Part shown: in pieces, positions 29,001 through 41,500 of the stretch
Numbering within the stretch: position 1 is the stretch's first letter
Layout: every line of letters begins with the position of its first letter
NCBI GenBank assembly: GCA_965153455.1
Contig: OZ234493.1
Coordinates: forward strand, 4,898,001-4,962,000
Source of the DNA: Sphagnum compactum
Lineage: Eukaryota
Reading direction: 5' to 3'
Length of the DNA stretch: 64,000 bases
Made by a program: the position numbers and the translations under genes
Notes under the pieces: model-generated
Database searches by the model: none
What the model was told of the DNA's origin: nothing
Seen by the model: the letters and a program-made list of their open reading frames with translations, nothing else

Positions 29001-30488
29001 TATGTGGGAGAGTCGGAACTTCAAAAGGAAGTTAGATTAGCAAACCGCCGGGATGCTTTTGCCAAGGAGGTAAGGCAAAGCATCCAAAATGGAGCCAAGT
29101 CCCACTTCCACTTGAAAAATGGATTGTTGTGGTACAAGCAAAACCGACTCTATGTGCCGGAGGGGAAAATTAGGGACACACTTTTGAAGGAATGTCACGA
29201 TGGACCGCTTGCGGGCCATGGCGGTGTAAAGCGCACCACAACATTCCTAAAGAAGTCCTACTATTGGCCCAACTTGAAGGATGATGCGGAGGAGTACGTG
29301 AAGACTTGTTTAACTTGTCAATAAAACCGGACCCTCAACAAGAAGCAAGCGGGTTTGTTGCAACCTTTGCCAATTCCCGAAGGGCCGTGGGAAAGTGTGT
29401 CAATGGACTTTATGGTAAGTTTGCCCCCTTCAAAGGGGTTCGATGCCATCATGGTTGTGGTGGATCGGTTTAGCAAAATGGCACACTTCATTCCCACAAA
29501 GGATGAAGCCACGGCTCAAGAGACGGGGAGGTTGTTCTTCTCCCACATTTTCAAGCATCATGGCCTTCCAAAGGACATAGTGTCGGATCGGGATCCAAAG
29601 TTCACGAGTAAGTTTTGGAGGGCTTTGTGGAAGCGAATGGGGTCGGAACTCAAAATGAGCACTTCATTCCGCCCTCAAACCGATGGACAAACCGAGAGGG
29701 TGAACTTGGTGATCCAACAATTCCTAAGGAGTTATGTGGCGGCGGATCAACAAGATTGGGTGGATCATTTGGAGTTAGCCGAGTTTTGTTACAATAACTC
29801 GGTACACTCCGCAACGGGATCCACCCCATTCCAAATGGTGACGGGCAAGTCACCAATTGTGCCCATGACTTGGGCCGCACAAGGACAACCTTCGATTGAT
29901 GCAAGTGAGGAAGTGCCAATGGTCACACAACTTGATGAAGAAAGAAAGCGCTTGTGGGAGTTGGCAAAAGCCAACTTGGAAAAGGCGCACAAAAGGTACA
30001 AGGATTTTGCGGACAAGTCCCGACGAGAGGTGAAGTTTCAAGAAGGAGACGAGGTGTGGTTGAACATAAAGAACTTCCGGTTGCCCGAAGGGTTAAGTCA
30101 TAAGTTTATGGGCCCATATGCGGGTCCATTCAAAGTGTTGGAAAAGAAACTTTCCGACACTTATAAGTTAGAATTACCGGAAAATCTTAGAGTTCATCCC
30201 ACATTTCATGTTTCCCTTTTGAAACCGGTCTCCCGCGACGCCTCAAGGCCTAATAGAGAGCATCACTCAAGGCCTCCACCGGACTTGGTTCATAATGAAC
30301 CCGAGTTTGAGGTAGAGGCCGTGCTCAAATCAAGGCAACTTAGAGGGCGAGAGCGGGAATACTTAGTTAAGTGGAAAGGCTACCATGCAATAGAGGCTTC
30401 TTGGGTGAATAAATCCGACATGGAACATGCCCAAGAAGCCATAGAAGAATTCCACACTAGACCGGCGAAGAAAAGACGTAGAGCGTGA
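26008..30488 (+). pseudogene. Gypsy gag-PR-RT-RNaseH-IN-chromodomain polyprotein, disrupted
   Basis: [14 protein letters not shown] knuckle, [10 protein letters not shown] protease, YIDD RT, DASD RNase H, integrase with GPY/F motif, chromodomain EFEVEAVL..YLVKWKGY..ASW. Frameshift at ~28080 and TAA at 29322-29324. Confidence 0.93.
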
Positions 30489-31712
30489 TGAGGACATCAC
30501 CTTTCTTTTAGAGGGGGAGAGTTTCATAAAATGTACCACATCAAGTTGCAAGTGAAATAAAAAGGGCTTTAAAACTTCCAAGAGATTGTATCATGAAAAA
30601 TTTGTTAAGGCAAATAGGGTTGTGGCATGGACAAATAGAACTCTCTTGCGTAGGCCCAAATCAAAATCGGACTCTTACTGTGGGGTTGAGGAAACTTGGC
30701 CTTAAAAGAGGAGGCAAGCAAGATGAGCTTGCGGGGACATGCACATGCCTTAAGTGCATCCCAAAGGGTTGGTTGGTAGTGTGGCCAACGCGGGAAGTCA
30801 TGACCCCGCTCGCATACTTTAAATGTAGTTTGGGACTTGGGTTTGGCAAACCTAAGTGTTGCTTTTCGTACCTTGATAAGCAAACCTTTTAGTTAAGGCT
30901 TGGTTGTTGTGACCAAGGCGCGAGATAGGAAAAGGAGTCATGTTAGTTAGCTTAGGTCAAGAGTAGACTTGACTTAAGTCCTCATGAAGGGAAGGATGGA
31001 AAAAGGTTCCTCCCAAATGAGGGCTTCGTCAATTAGACTAGTTTAGTCTTTTGACGAAGCAAAGAAAGAGGGTTCCCTACAAGACCTTCTTGGACTTGTC
31101 AAGAAAGTGTTGGAAACTTGGGGAGGCCTAAGTTAGCTTGAGACAAGGTCCGAGCCGCAAGAGTCGGCAAATGGCCAAGGATCCAAAAGAAAGCAATTGC
31201 AATTGTATGAAGGAAAATTCTAAGTGTCAATGAGGACATTGACCTCTTTCTTCTAGTGGGGGAGAGTGTCGCAACCCCACTTTGTCCAAGTGTGGGGGTG
31301 AAGCCCAACACTTGGAAAAGTTGGAGGTTTGGAGTCCTCCGGGACTCCCGAATGTTCAAAGCTCAACAACAAGAGGTAAAACACCTCGCATTGGAGTGTT
31401 CTTAGTTTCATTGAAAAGGTCTTAAAACGTAGATATCGAAAATGGCCTCGTATTGGCCATTTGGACATCTGCAGCCCAAGTTATGGGCAAAAGAAGGGCC
31501 GGGAGTCAAACTGGCAGTTTGACTCCCGACCACTAAAAGTCAGGAATCGACCCATTGTCGACGTCGCCTCAGGGAGTGCGACATGGCGTTGGAAAGACCT
31601 CGACGAGGGCTACAACTTTGGTTCAGACCTCGTTGCGATCAGACTTCGGAATCGGGAGTTATGATCGTTCAAAGTCCCGAGAGTCCCGCCGGGACAATTT
31701 CGGGACTCCATT

Positions 31713-32532
31713 TGTCGCAACCCCACTTTGTCGAAGTGTGAGGGTGAAGCCCAACACTTGGAAAAGTTGGAGGTTGGGAGTCCTCCGGGACTCCCGAATG
31801 TTCAGAGCTCGACAGCAAGGGGCAAAACACCTCGCATTGGAGTGTTCTTGGTGTCATTGGAAAGGTCTTGAAACGTAGATATCGAAAATGGCCTCGCATT
31901 GGCCATTTGGACATCTGCAGCCCAAGTTATGGGCAAAAGAAGGGCCGGGAGTCAAACTGGCAGTTTGACTCCCGACCACTAAAAGTCCGGAATCGACCCA
32001 TTGTCGACGTCGCCTCAGGGAGCGCGACATGGCGTTGGAAAGATCTCGACGAGGGCTACAACTTTGGTTTAGACCTCGTTGCGATCGGACTTCGGAATCG
32101 GGAGTTATGATCGTTCAAAGTCCCGAGAGTCCCGCCGGGACAATTTCGGGACTCCATTTCGGGAGTCCCAACAAAATGAGCCATTTGGATGTAGCCTCCG
32201 TGGTGAGCCGCAGAGATAACTATAAGGGGGAAGGTGGTGGCTTCCCCCAAGTCCGGGCCGTGGTGAGTCAAGTAGTCCGAAGTGCTCGTGGCTTGTCCCA
32301 ACACCCAAGGGTGTTCCCGAATGTGAACTAACCCAGTTGTGGTTGGTTTTGGATGCAGATTTGTGCTTGATCTACTAGTCCATCTTCCTAGTCTAATCCC
32401 GGGGCTTCCAACTCGACCCTCTACCCCTTTATAGAGTTGGAAGTCGGGAGCGTGCCCTTGGGTCCCCACTTTCCGCAACTTCACATTGGCGAACCCTCAA
32501 GTGGGTTCACCCCGGGACCAAGGAGCGCGTCA
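31713..32532 (+). mobile_element. Solo LTR D (family of C) inserted in the 3' LTR of C
   Basis: Complete TG...CA LTR with TSD CCATT at 31708-31712 and 32533-32537; the host LTR resumes in register. Confidence 0.93.
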
Positions 32533-35500
32533 CCATTTCGGGAGTCCCAATAAAATGTGCCATTTGGATGTAGCCTCCGTGGCGAGCCGCAGAGATAACT
32601 ATAAGGGGGAAGGTGGTGGCTTCCCCCAAGTCCGGGCCGTGGTGAGTCAAGTAGTCCGAAGTGCCCGTGGCTTGTCCCAACACCCAAGGGTGTTCCCGAA
32701 TGTGAACTAACCCATTTGTGGTTGGTTTTTTGATGCAGATTTGTGCTTGATCTACTAATCCATCTTCCTAGTCTAATCCCGGGGCTTCGAACTCAACCCT
32801 CTACCCCTTTCTAGAGTTGGAAGTCGGGAGCGTGCCCTTCGGTCCTCACTTTCCGCAACGTCACATTGGTGAACCCTCAAGTGGGTTCACCCCGGGACCA
32901 AGGAGCGCGTCATAAGGTCAACGATGCTCGAGGAATTGTTGTGGCGCAAGCACGAAGGGACAAGAACTTGTACCTTCTTAATGTGAAGGTGCGTAAGGAC
33001 ATGGCACACATTGCAAATTCTTTGGAGGAAAGTGCGATGCTTTGGCATGAAAGACTTGGCCTTCTCAACGTGGCAAGCCTTAAGGAGTTAGATGCCATGG
33101 TGGATGGCATGAATTTGAAAGAAGTGCCGTTGCATCACATTTATGAAGGATGCGTCAAAGGCAAACATCAAAGAACATCATTTCCCAAGGACGGAGCAAC
33201 GACGGCTTCACAACTTTTGGAGATTGTGCACACCGATGTGTGCGGGCCAATGAAGACTACATCGCATGGTGGAGCGCGATACTTTTCACTTTCATTGACG
33301 ATTTCTCAAGGAAAACTCATGTCTATCTTTTGAAGGCCAAAGGAGAAGCGTTTGAAAAGTTCAAACAATACAAGGCCTTGGTGGAGAACGAAATTGGTCA
33401 CAAAATCAAAGTGTTGCGTTCCGACAACGGAGGAGAATTTGTGTCTAAGAAATTTGACGCATTTCTTGCGGAATGTGAAATTCAACGACAAACAAGTGCG
33501 CCCTATTCCCCACAACAAAACGGTGTTGCGGAACGTGCCAATAGAACCATCATAGAATGTGCAAGAAGCATGATTCTTGCACAAGGGTTGGAACTTCAAT
33601 TTTGGGGCGAAGCGGTGAACACGGCGGTGTACATCAAAAATCGATGTCCAACCAAGGCTCTTGATTCCAAGACCCCTCAAGAAGCGTGGAGTGGTAGGAA
33701 ACCCGATGTGTCCCATGTGAGAGTTTTTGGTTGTAAAGCCTTTGCACATGTCCCCGATGAGAAGAGGACCAAATTAGACTCCAAGTCCATGCCTTGTGTG
33801 TTTTTAGGATATTACGAAGGCACCAAAGCGTATCGCTTGATGTGTGTGAAAACCAAGAGAATCATCAAAAGTAGAGATGTTGTGTTCATTGAAGGGTCAA
33901 AGGAAATAGGTGGTGTACCTCATCTTGAGAAAGAAGAAAATGTAGTTGTGCATGAAGAAGTTGAGGGAGAAGAACCATTGGCCTTTAGTCAAGATAGACC
34001 TTTGAGTGAAACAAGAATGGAAGGTGTGCAAAGTGAATCCACACCAAGTTCTTCATCGGAAGAGGAATTTGTTGTTTCCAATGACAACCCATCTTGTGAA
34101 CCTTCACAAGATATTGCGAGGGAAAGACCTCAAAGGCAACGAAGGGAATGGCCTCGGGATTGGTGGATTGCTACCAAAGAGGTGGAGCACGCCACCGTTG
34201 CATTTTTGGAGGAGCCCCAAAATATTGAAGAAGCATTGACATGTGAAAATTCCAAGGAGTGGGAGTGTGCGATGCGAGAAGAATATGATTCCCTCATGAC
34301 CAACAACACATGGACTTGGGTACCACTTCCCGCCGGTAGGAAACCCGTTTCTTGCAAATGGGTGTTCAAAATCATACAAGGCGCAAATGGGGAAGTGGAA
34401 CGCTACAAGGCTAGATTAGTAGCAAGAGGTTTTACCCAAACCTACGGAGTGGATTACAACGAAACTTTTGCGCCGGTCGCAAAATTTGCATCTATTCGTT
34501 GTATTCTTGCATTGGCGGCCTTGGAAGAAATGGAGATCCATCAAATGGACGTGAAAACCGCATTTCTCAATGGCGAGCTTGAAGAGGAGATTTACATGGA
34601 GCAACCTCAAGGGTTCGTGCACCAAGGAGGTGAACATCTCGTGTGTAAGCTTCACAAGTCCTTGTATGGTTTGAAACATCTCCAAGGGCATGGAATCAAA
34701 AGTTAGATGCGTTTCTCAAAAGCATTGAATTTATCAAGAGTGAGGCGGATCCTAGTGTGTACGTTGCACAAGTGGGAGATGTGAAGTTTTTCATTGTGGT
34801 CTATGTGGACGACCTCATTTTGGTGTGCAACGATCAAAACAAACTTTTGCAAATCAAAGAGGAATTGAGTCAAAAGTTTGAAATGAAGGACCTCGGGGAG
34901 TTGCATTTCTTTTTGGGGATGGAGGTGGAAAGGAATGAAAGACTCCTACGCATCAACCAAATCAAATACCTCAAGGAAATATTGAAGCGGTTTCGAATGG
35001 AAGAATGTAAGCCCATTGGAGTTCCATTGGATCCCAAGGTGAAGTTACAAAGGAATGTGAATGGAAATGATGAATCAAAGGGATTCCCATATCAACAAGC
35101 GGTTGGGTCTTTGATGTATGCCATGTTGTGCACACGACCCGACTTGGCATACCCAATAAGCGTGTTGAGTCAACACATGGCGAACCCTAACATGGAGCAT
35201 TGGATGGCCGTCAAACGAATCTTTCGATATTTGCAAGGTACATTGCAAATGAAATTACAATTTGGTGGAACACCATCCAAGGAAGTTCTTGGATATTGTG
35301 ATGCGGATTGGGGTGGTGATTTTGAAGATAGGAGGTCCACCACAGGGTTTGTTTTCATGATTGGAGGTGGAGCGATTTCTTGGAGTAGCAAATGACAACC
35401 GACAATAGCATTGTCCACCACGGAGGCGGAATACATGGCGAACACGCAAGCCACAAAAGAAGCCGTATGGATAACAAAATTGATGATGGATTTAGGATAC

Positions 35501-36258
35501 ATGGAGGAGAAGAAAATGATGGTGATTCGATGCGACAATCAAGGTGCGATATCATTGACCAAGAATCCCACTCACCATGCACGAACAAAACACATTGATG
35601 TACAACATCATTTTGTTCGAGAACGAGTTGAAAATGGAGAAGTTGGATTTGAATATTGTACAACCGAACACATGGTGGCGGATGTCCTTACTAAGGCATT
35701 ATCTAAAGAACGACATCATAAGTTGACAAACATGTTCGGATTAGAAACTTCATAGAGTGGGAGTGGTAGAAATACTATTCGTTTCTAATTCCCAATGTTG
35801 ATGAATGTGTTAAACATTCATCAAAAGGATGAATAGTATACACATCCTTGTAGTTGTTAGGTTAGGGTTTAGAAATGGAGACTACTCAGGGTTTGGCGGC
35901 GGCTAGAGTTAGGGTTAGGCGGCGGCTAGGTTTAGGGTTTGGTGGCGGCTAGGGTTAGGCGGCGGCTAGGGTTAGGGTTTGGTGGCGGCTAGGTTAGGGT
36001 TAAGTGGCGGCTACTTTAGGGTTAGGAGATAGTATATAATGGAATGGTTTTGAATTGTCTTTCATTCTTTCCTTTCATGGTTGTTAAGTGCACATAGAAC
36101 CTTCAAGCTTTGTTAGTTGTTACAAGCCATAGTTTTATGATTGTAGCATTTGAAGCATACAACCTTTGTAATCTTCTTTTAGTTAATACAATTGTTCCAT
36201 TTCATGAACCTTAAGTGTTGCATTTCTTGCTTGTTTTCAAGTTGTTTCCAATAGTTTG

Positions 36259-36787
36259 AAAGGAGAGTGCAAATGTGGCAAAGTCTTCGAATGAAGAAGC
36301 TACGCTTTGGCACCAACGACTCAGCCACCTCAATGTGGTGAGTCTTAAGAAGTTGGAGAAAATGGTCAATGGCATGAATTTGAAAGAAATGCCATTGGAC
36401 CATGTGTGTGAAGCTTGCATTGAAAGCAAACATCAAGAACATTTTTTCCTAAAGATGAAGCGACTAGGGCTTCCAAGCTCTTGGAACTTGTGCATAACGA
36501 TGTGTGCGGACCGATGAAGACCACATCCCGTGGTGGAGCACGATACTTTGTCACCTTCATCGATGATTTTTCGAGAAAAACTCACGTTTACCTTTTGAGA
36601 GCGAAAGGAGAAGTGTTTGACAAATTCAAGGCATACAAGGCCTTGGTGGATAATCAAACCGACATGAAGATCCAAACTTTGCAATCCGACAATGGAGGAG
36701 AATTTGTGTCCAAAAAGTTTGATGATTTTTTGCGCGAATGTGGAATCTAACGACAAAAAAGTGCACCTTACACACCACAACAAAATG
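36259..36787 (+). pseudogene. Copia A integrase N-terminal segment
   Basis: Continues A after B (NVNVR|KESANV..WHQRLSHL..VHNDVCGP..SDNGGEF..PQQN). Confidence 0.9.
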
Positions 36788-37076
36788 TATTGGAAATTAC
36801 AAAGGTTATATGCTTCAAATGTTACAATCATAAAACTATGACTTGTAATATTTTACAAGCCTTGAAGCTTCTATGTGCACTCAAAAACCATAAAAGAGAG
36901 AATAAAAGACTCCTCAAAACCAAACCCTTATATACTATCTACTAACCTTAAAGTAGCCCCCATTTAACCCTAACCTAGCCCCCACCAAACCCTAACCCTA
37001 GCCGTCACCAAGTCCTAATCCTAGCTGCCGCCAAACCCTAACCCTAGCCGTCACCACGTACGAACGCATTTCCCCA

Positions 37077-37386
37077 AGCTTCTCATTTGGCTTGTGAGTT
37101 TTGTTCACTAATGCGGTAGTCTCGAAACTCTCACATTCTTTTCTTTTGGACACTTCGTGAAGCAACCTTGCTACAACGAATTGAAGGTCTACATCTTTCG
37201 TGGACATGGACTCCAAGCTTGTGACTAAGTTATCAAAGGATGGAGGAAGGCTCATGAGGAGTACCATGTAAACATCTTCATCCGTAATGTTCACCTCGAT
37301 GGAACGTAGTTGGTCCGCAAGGGCTTTCACCGTGTTGATGTGCACAAGCATGTCATCTCCTTCTTGCATTTTGATGGTGAAGAATC
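37077..37386 (-). pseudogene. B/F-family gag fragment captured in E (distal half; proximal half at 48198-48558)
   Basis: Minus-strand FTIKMQEGDD...KPNEKL joins in frame to 48198-48558 across the GAATC TSD. Confidence 0.88.
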
Positions 37387-37477
37387 TGTTAGAAATACTA
37401 TTCGTTTCTAATTCCCAATGTTGATGAATGTGTTAAACATTCATCAAAAGGATGAATAGTATACACATCCTTGTAGT

Positions 37478-37663
37478 TGTTAGGTTAGGGTTTAGAAATG
37501 GAGACTACTTAGGGTTTGGCGGCGACTAGGGTTAGGGTTAGGCGGCGGCTAGGTTTAGGGTTTGGTGGCGGCTAGGGTTAGGCGGCGGCTAGGGTTAGGG
37601 TTTGGTGGCGGCTAGGTTAGGGTTAAGTGGCGGCTACTTTAGGGTTAGGAGATATTATATAAT
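37478..37663 (+). promoter_or_regulatory. LTR U3 telomere-like/telo-box array followed by a TATA-like box (representative copy)
   Basis: Multiple TTAGGG, TTTAGGG and TAGGGTTT (telo-box) motifs interleaved with GGCGGC, then TATATAA. Present in every family LTR that retains this region. Confidence 0.6.
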
Positions 37664-38546
37664 GGAGTGGTTTTGAGTTGTCTTTCATTCCTTCCTTTCA
37701 TGGTTGTTGAGTGCACATAGAACCTTCAAGCTTTGTTAGTTGTTGCAAGCCATAGTTTTATGATTGTAGCATTTGAAGCATACAACCTTTGTAATCTTCT
37801 TTTAGTTAATACAATTGTTCCATTTCATGAACCTTGAGTGTTGCATTTCTTGCTTGTTTTCAAGTTGTTTCCAATAGGTTATGGGCCCACACCAAGCAAG
37901 AGAAAGGACATTGTGTTAGAATAAGAAGTAGTGCAAGGTTTGAGCTTGTATTGCATAGGAAAAAGGAGAGAATCCTTTTGAGACAAGGTTCTTTGTTTGC
38001 AAAGGGAGAGAGAGTTCATTTCCAACTGGTGCCATACAAGGAGCTTGCAACTTTTCCAAGTCAGTGGGAGGTGTGGAAGAGACTTCTTCAAAGTGTTGTA
38101 AGTTCTTAAGTGTGGAAGAGTGTTCTTCAAGTCTTTAAGTTTCAAGTTTGAAGTTCAAAAGTGTGAAAGAGAGTTCTTCAAGTTTTTGAGGTTTCCAACA
38201 TTGAAGTTTGAGGTGTACGAGAAGTTTTTCAAGTTTCTTGTAAGGTTTATAGGAAACTTGTTTCGTTTAAGTTTTTTGAAAGTGTTTGCTTGTACAACAT
38301 TGAAAGGGAGAATCCTTTTGAGGGAAGGCTTTTAGTTTGCAAGGTTGCAAAGAGAATAGTCTTACAAGTGAGTGAGAGGTGTGGAAGAGATTTCTTCAAG
38401 GTGTTGTAAGTTTTTCAAGTGTGAAAAACTTGTTTTTGAAAGTATCAAGGTTTTCCAAGTGAAAGTGTTTGGAAGATAGTTCTTTTAGTTGTTGAAAACT
38501 TCAACTTTCAAGTTTGAGAGTGTTTGTTGTAGCATTTGTGTTCAAA

Positions 38547-41500
38547 ATGTCTTCTTTTCAAATGGAGTCCTTGAAAGTCATGGAGAAGTTTGATGGTGGC
38601 AACTTTCACCTTTGGAAGTTCAAAATGCGCATGATGCTTTCCAAACATGGGCTTTGGAAATTTGTTGATGGGAGTGTCACCTTGCCAAGTGAAGAAGTTG
38701 CAAGGGCCGATTACAACGAAAAAGAGACCAAGGCTTTTGCATTGCTTTGCGAACATCTCACGGATGCCCAACTTGCACACATTCAATATTGTGACAATGT
38801 GAGAAGTGCGTGGGAGGCTCTTTGTGGTGTGCATGAAGCTAAGACCATTGGCAACAAGTTGTTCCTTCGAAGGAGATTCTTCACCATCAAAATGCAAGAA
38901 GGAGATGACATGCTTGTGCACATCAACACGGTGAAAGCCCTTGCGGACCAACTACGTTCCATCGAGGTGAACATTACGGATGAAGATGTTTACATGGTAC
39001 TCCTCATGAGCCTTCCTCCATCCTTTGATAACTTAGTCACAAGCTTGGAGTCCATGTCCACGAAAGATGTAGACCTTCAATTCGTTCTAGCAAGGTTGCT
39101 TCACGAAGTGTCCAAAAGAAAAGAATGTGAGAATTCCGAGACTACCGCATTAGTGAACAAAACTCACAAGCCAAATGAGAAGCTTTGCTTTTATTGTAAG
39201 AAACCCGGACATTTTGTGAGAAATTGTTTGAAGAAGAAAAATGATGAAAAAGAAAAAGTTAATCAAGCTTGTGAGGATCACGAACAAATGTTTGTTGCGG
39301 CATTGAGTGCCAATGATCATACCACGAATCATTGGATTGTCGATTCGGGTGCAACGCAACACATGACATTCGAACAAGAATGGTTTACAACGTACGAGCG
39401 CATTTCCCCAAGGAGGGTGTTCATGGGCGATGACACCGTTTTGGAGGCCATTGGCAAGGGGAGCATCAAAGCCACATTGCAAGTGGGAGGCCAATTGACA
39501 CACACAACCATCACCCAAGTTCTTCATGTTCCAAAAATGAAGAATAATCTCATTTCGGTGAGCAAACTCATTTCGGAAGGTTTCAAAGTGGAGTTTGACA
39601 AGGATGGTTGTAAGGTCAACGACGCTCGAGGAGTTGTTGTGGCGCAAGCACGAAGGGACAAGAACTTGTACCTTCTTAATGTGAAGGTGCGTAAGGACAT
39701 GGCACACATTGCAAATTCTTTGGAGGAAAGTGCGATGCTTTGGCATGAAAGACTTGGCCGTCTCAACATGGCAAGCCTTAAGGAGTTAGATGCCATGGTG
39801 GATGGCATGAATTTGAAAGAAGTGCCGTTGCATCACATTTGTGAAGGATGCGTCAAAGGCAAGCATCAAAGAACATCATTTCCCAAGGACGGAGCAACGA
39901 GGGCTTCACAACTTTTGGAGATTGTGCACACCGATGTGTGCGGGCCAATGAAGACTACATCGCATGGTGGAGCGCGATACTTTCTCACTTTCATTGACGA
40001 TTTCTCAAGGAAAACTCATGTCTATCTTTTGAAGGCCAAAGGAAAAGCGTTTGAAAAGTTCAAACAATACAAGGCCTTGGTGGAGAACGAAATTGGTCAC
40101 AAAATCAAAGTGCTGCGTTCCGACAACGGAGGAGAATTTGTGTCTAAGAAATTTGACGCATTTCTTGCGGAATGTGGAATTCAACGACAAACAAGTGCGC
40201 CCTATTCCCCACAACAAAACGGTGTTGCGGAACGTGCCAATAGAACAATCATGGAATGTGCAAGAAGCATGATTCTTGCACAAGGGTTGGAATTTCAATT
40301 TTGGGGCGAAGCGGAGAACACGGCGGTGTACATCAAAAATCGATGTCCAACCAAGGCTCTTGATTCCAAGACCCCTCAAGAAGCGTGGAGTGGTAGGAAA
40401 CCCGATGTGTCCCATGTGAGAGTTTTTGGTTGTAAAGCCTTTGCACATGTCCCCGATGAGAAGAGGACCAAATTAGACTCCAAGTCCATGCCTTGTGTGT
40501 TTTTAGGATATTACGAAAGCACCAAAGCGTATCGCTTGATGTGTGTGAAAACCAAGAGAATCATCAAAAGTAGAGATGTTGTGTTCATTGAAAGGTCAAA
40601 GGAAATAGGTGGTGTACCTCATCTTGAGAAAGAAGAAAATGTAGTTGTGCATGAAGAAGTTGAGCGAGAAGAACCATTGGCCTTTAGTCAAGATAGACCT
40701 TTGAGTGAAACAAGAATGGAAGGTGTGCAAAGTGAATCCACACCAAGTTCTTCATCTGAAGAGGAATTTGTTGTTTCCAATGACAACCCATCTTGTGAAC
40801 CTTCACAAGATATTGCGAGGGAAAGACCTCAAAGGCAACGAAGGGAATGGCCTCGGGATTGGTGGATTGCTACCAAAGAGGTGGAGCGCGCCACCGTTGC
40901 ATTTTTGGAGGAGCCCCAAAATATTGAAGAAGCACTGACATGTGAAAATTCCAAGGAGTGGGAGTGTGCGATGCGAGAAGAATATGATTCCCTCATGACA
41001 AACAACACATGGACTTTGGTACCACTTCCCGCCGGTAGGAAACCCGTTTCTTGCAAATGGGTGTTCAAAATCAAACAAGGCGCAAATGGGGAAGTGGAAC
41101 GCTACAAGGCTAGATTAGTAGCAAGAGGTTTTACTCAAACCTACGGAGTGGATTACAACGAAACTTTTGCGCCGGTCGCAAAATTTGCATCTATTCGTTG
41201 TATTCTTGCATTGGCGGCCTTGGAAGACATGGAGATCCATCAAATGGACGTGAAAACCGCATTTCTCAATGGCGAGCTTGAAGAGGAGATTTACATGGAG
41301 CAACCTCAAGGGTTCGTGCACCAAGGAGGTGAACATCTCGTGTGTAAGCTTCACAAGTCCTTGTATGGTTTGAAACAATCTCCGAGGGCATGGAATCAAA
41401 AGTTAGATGCGTTTCTCAAAAGCATTGAATTTATCAAGAGTGAGGCGGATCCTAGTGTGTACGTTGCACAAGTGGGAGATGTGAAGTTTTTCATTGTGGT

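Larger units (their letters stand above)
25144..32912 (+). mobile_element. Ty3/Gypsy chromovirus C inserted in B
   Basis: TG...CA LTRs 25144-25964 and 31267-32912 (split by D). PBS TGGTATCAGAGC at 25967-25978 (tRNAiMet 3' end); polypurine tract (PPT) AGTGGGGGAGAG; TSD TAAGG at 25139-25143 and 32913-32917. Confidence 0.95.
22928..36253 (+). mobile_element. Copia B inserted in A (defective; split by Gypsy C)
   Basis: LTRs 22928-23404 and 35764-36253; PBS GGTTATGGGCCC at 23405; TSD GTTCG/GTTTG (one transition). Coding 24076-25143 plus 32918-35755, with ACG in place of the start ATG, frameshifts and a stop. Confidence 0.93.

Noticed and set aside
37478-37650. True telomere or chromosome-fusion site
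   Set aside because: The TTAGGG motifs are interspersed with GGCGGC and confined to a fixed position in the LTRs; there is no pure tandem array.
37834-38335. Extra ORFs in the Copia leader, and antisense ORFs within pol
   Set aside because: They recur only because the copies are near-identical; they have no recognisable domains, mostly non-ATG starts, and are broken in some copies.
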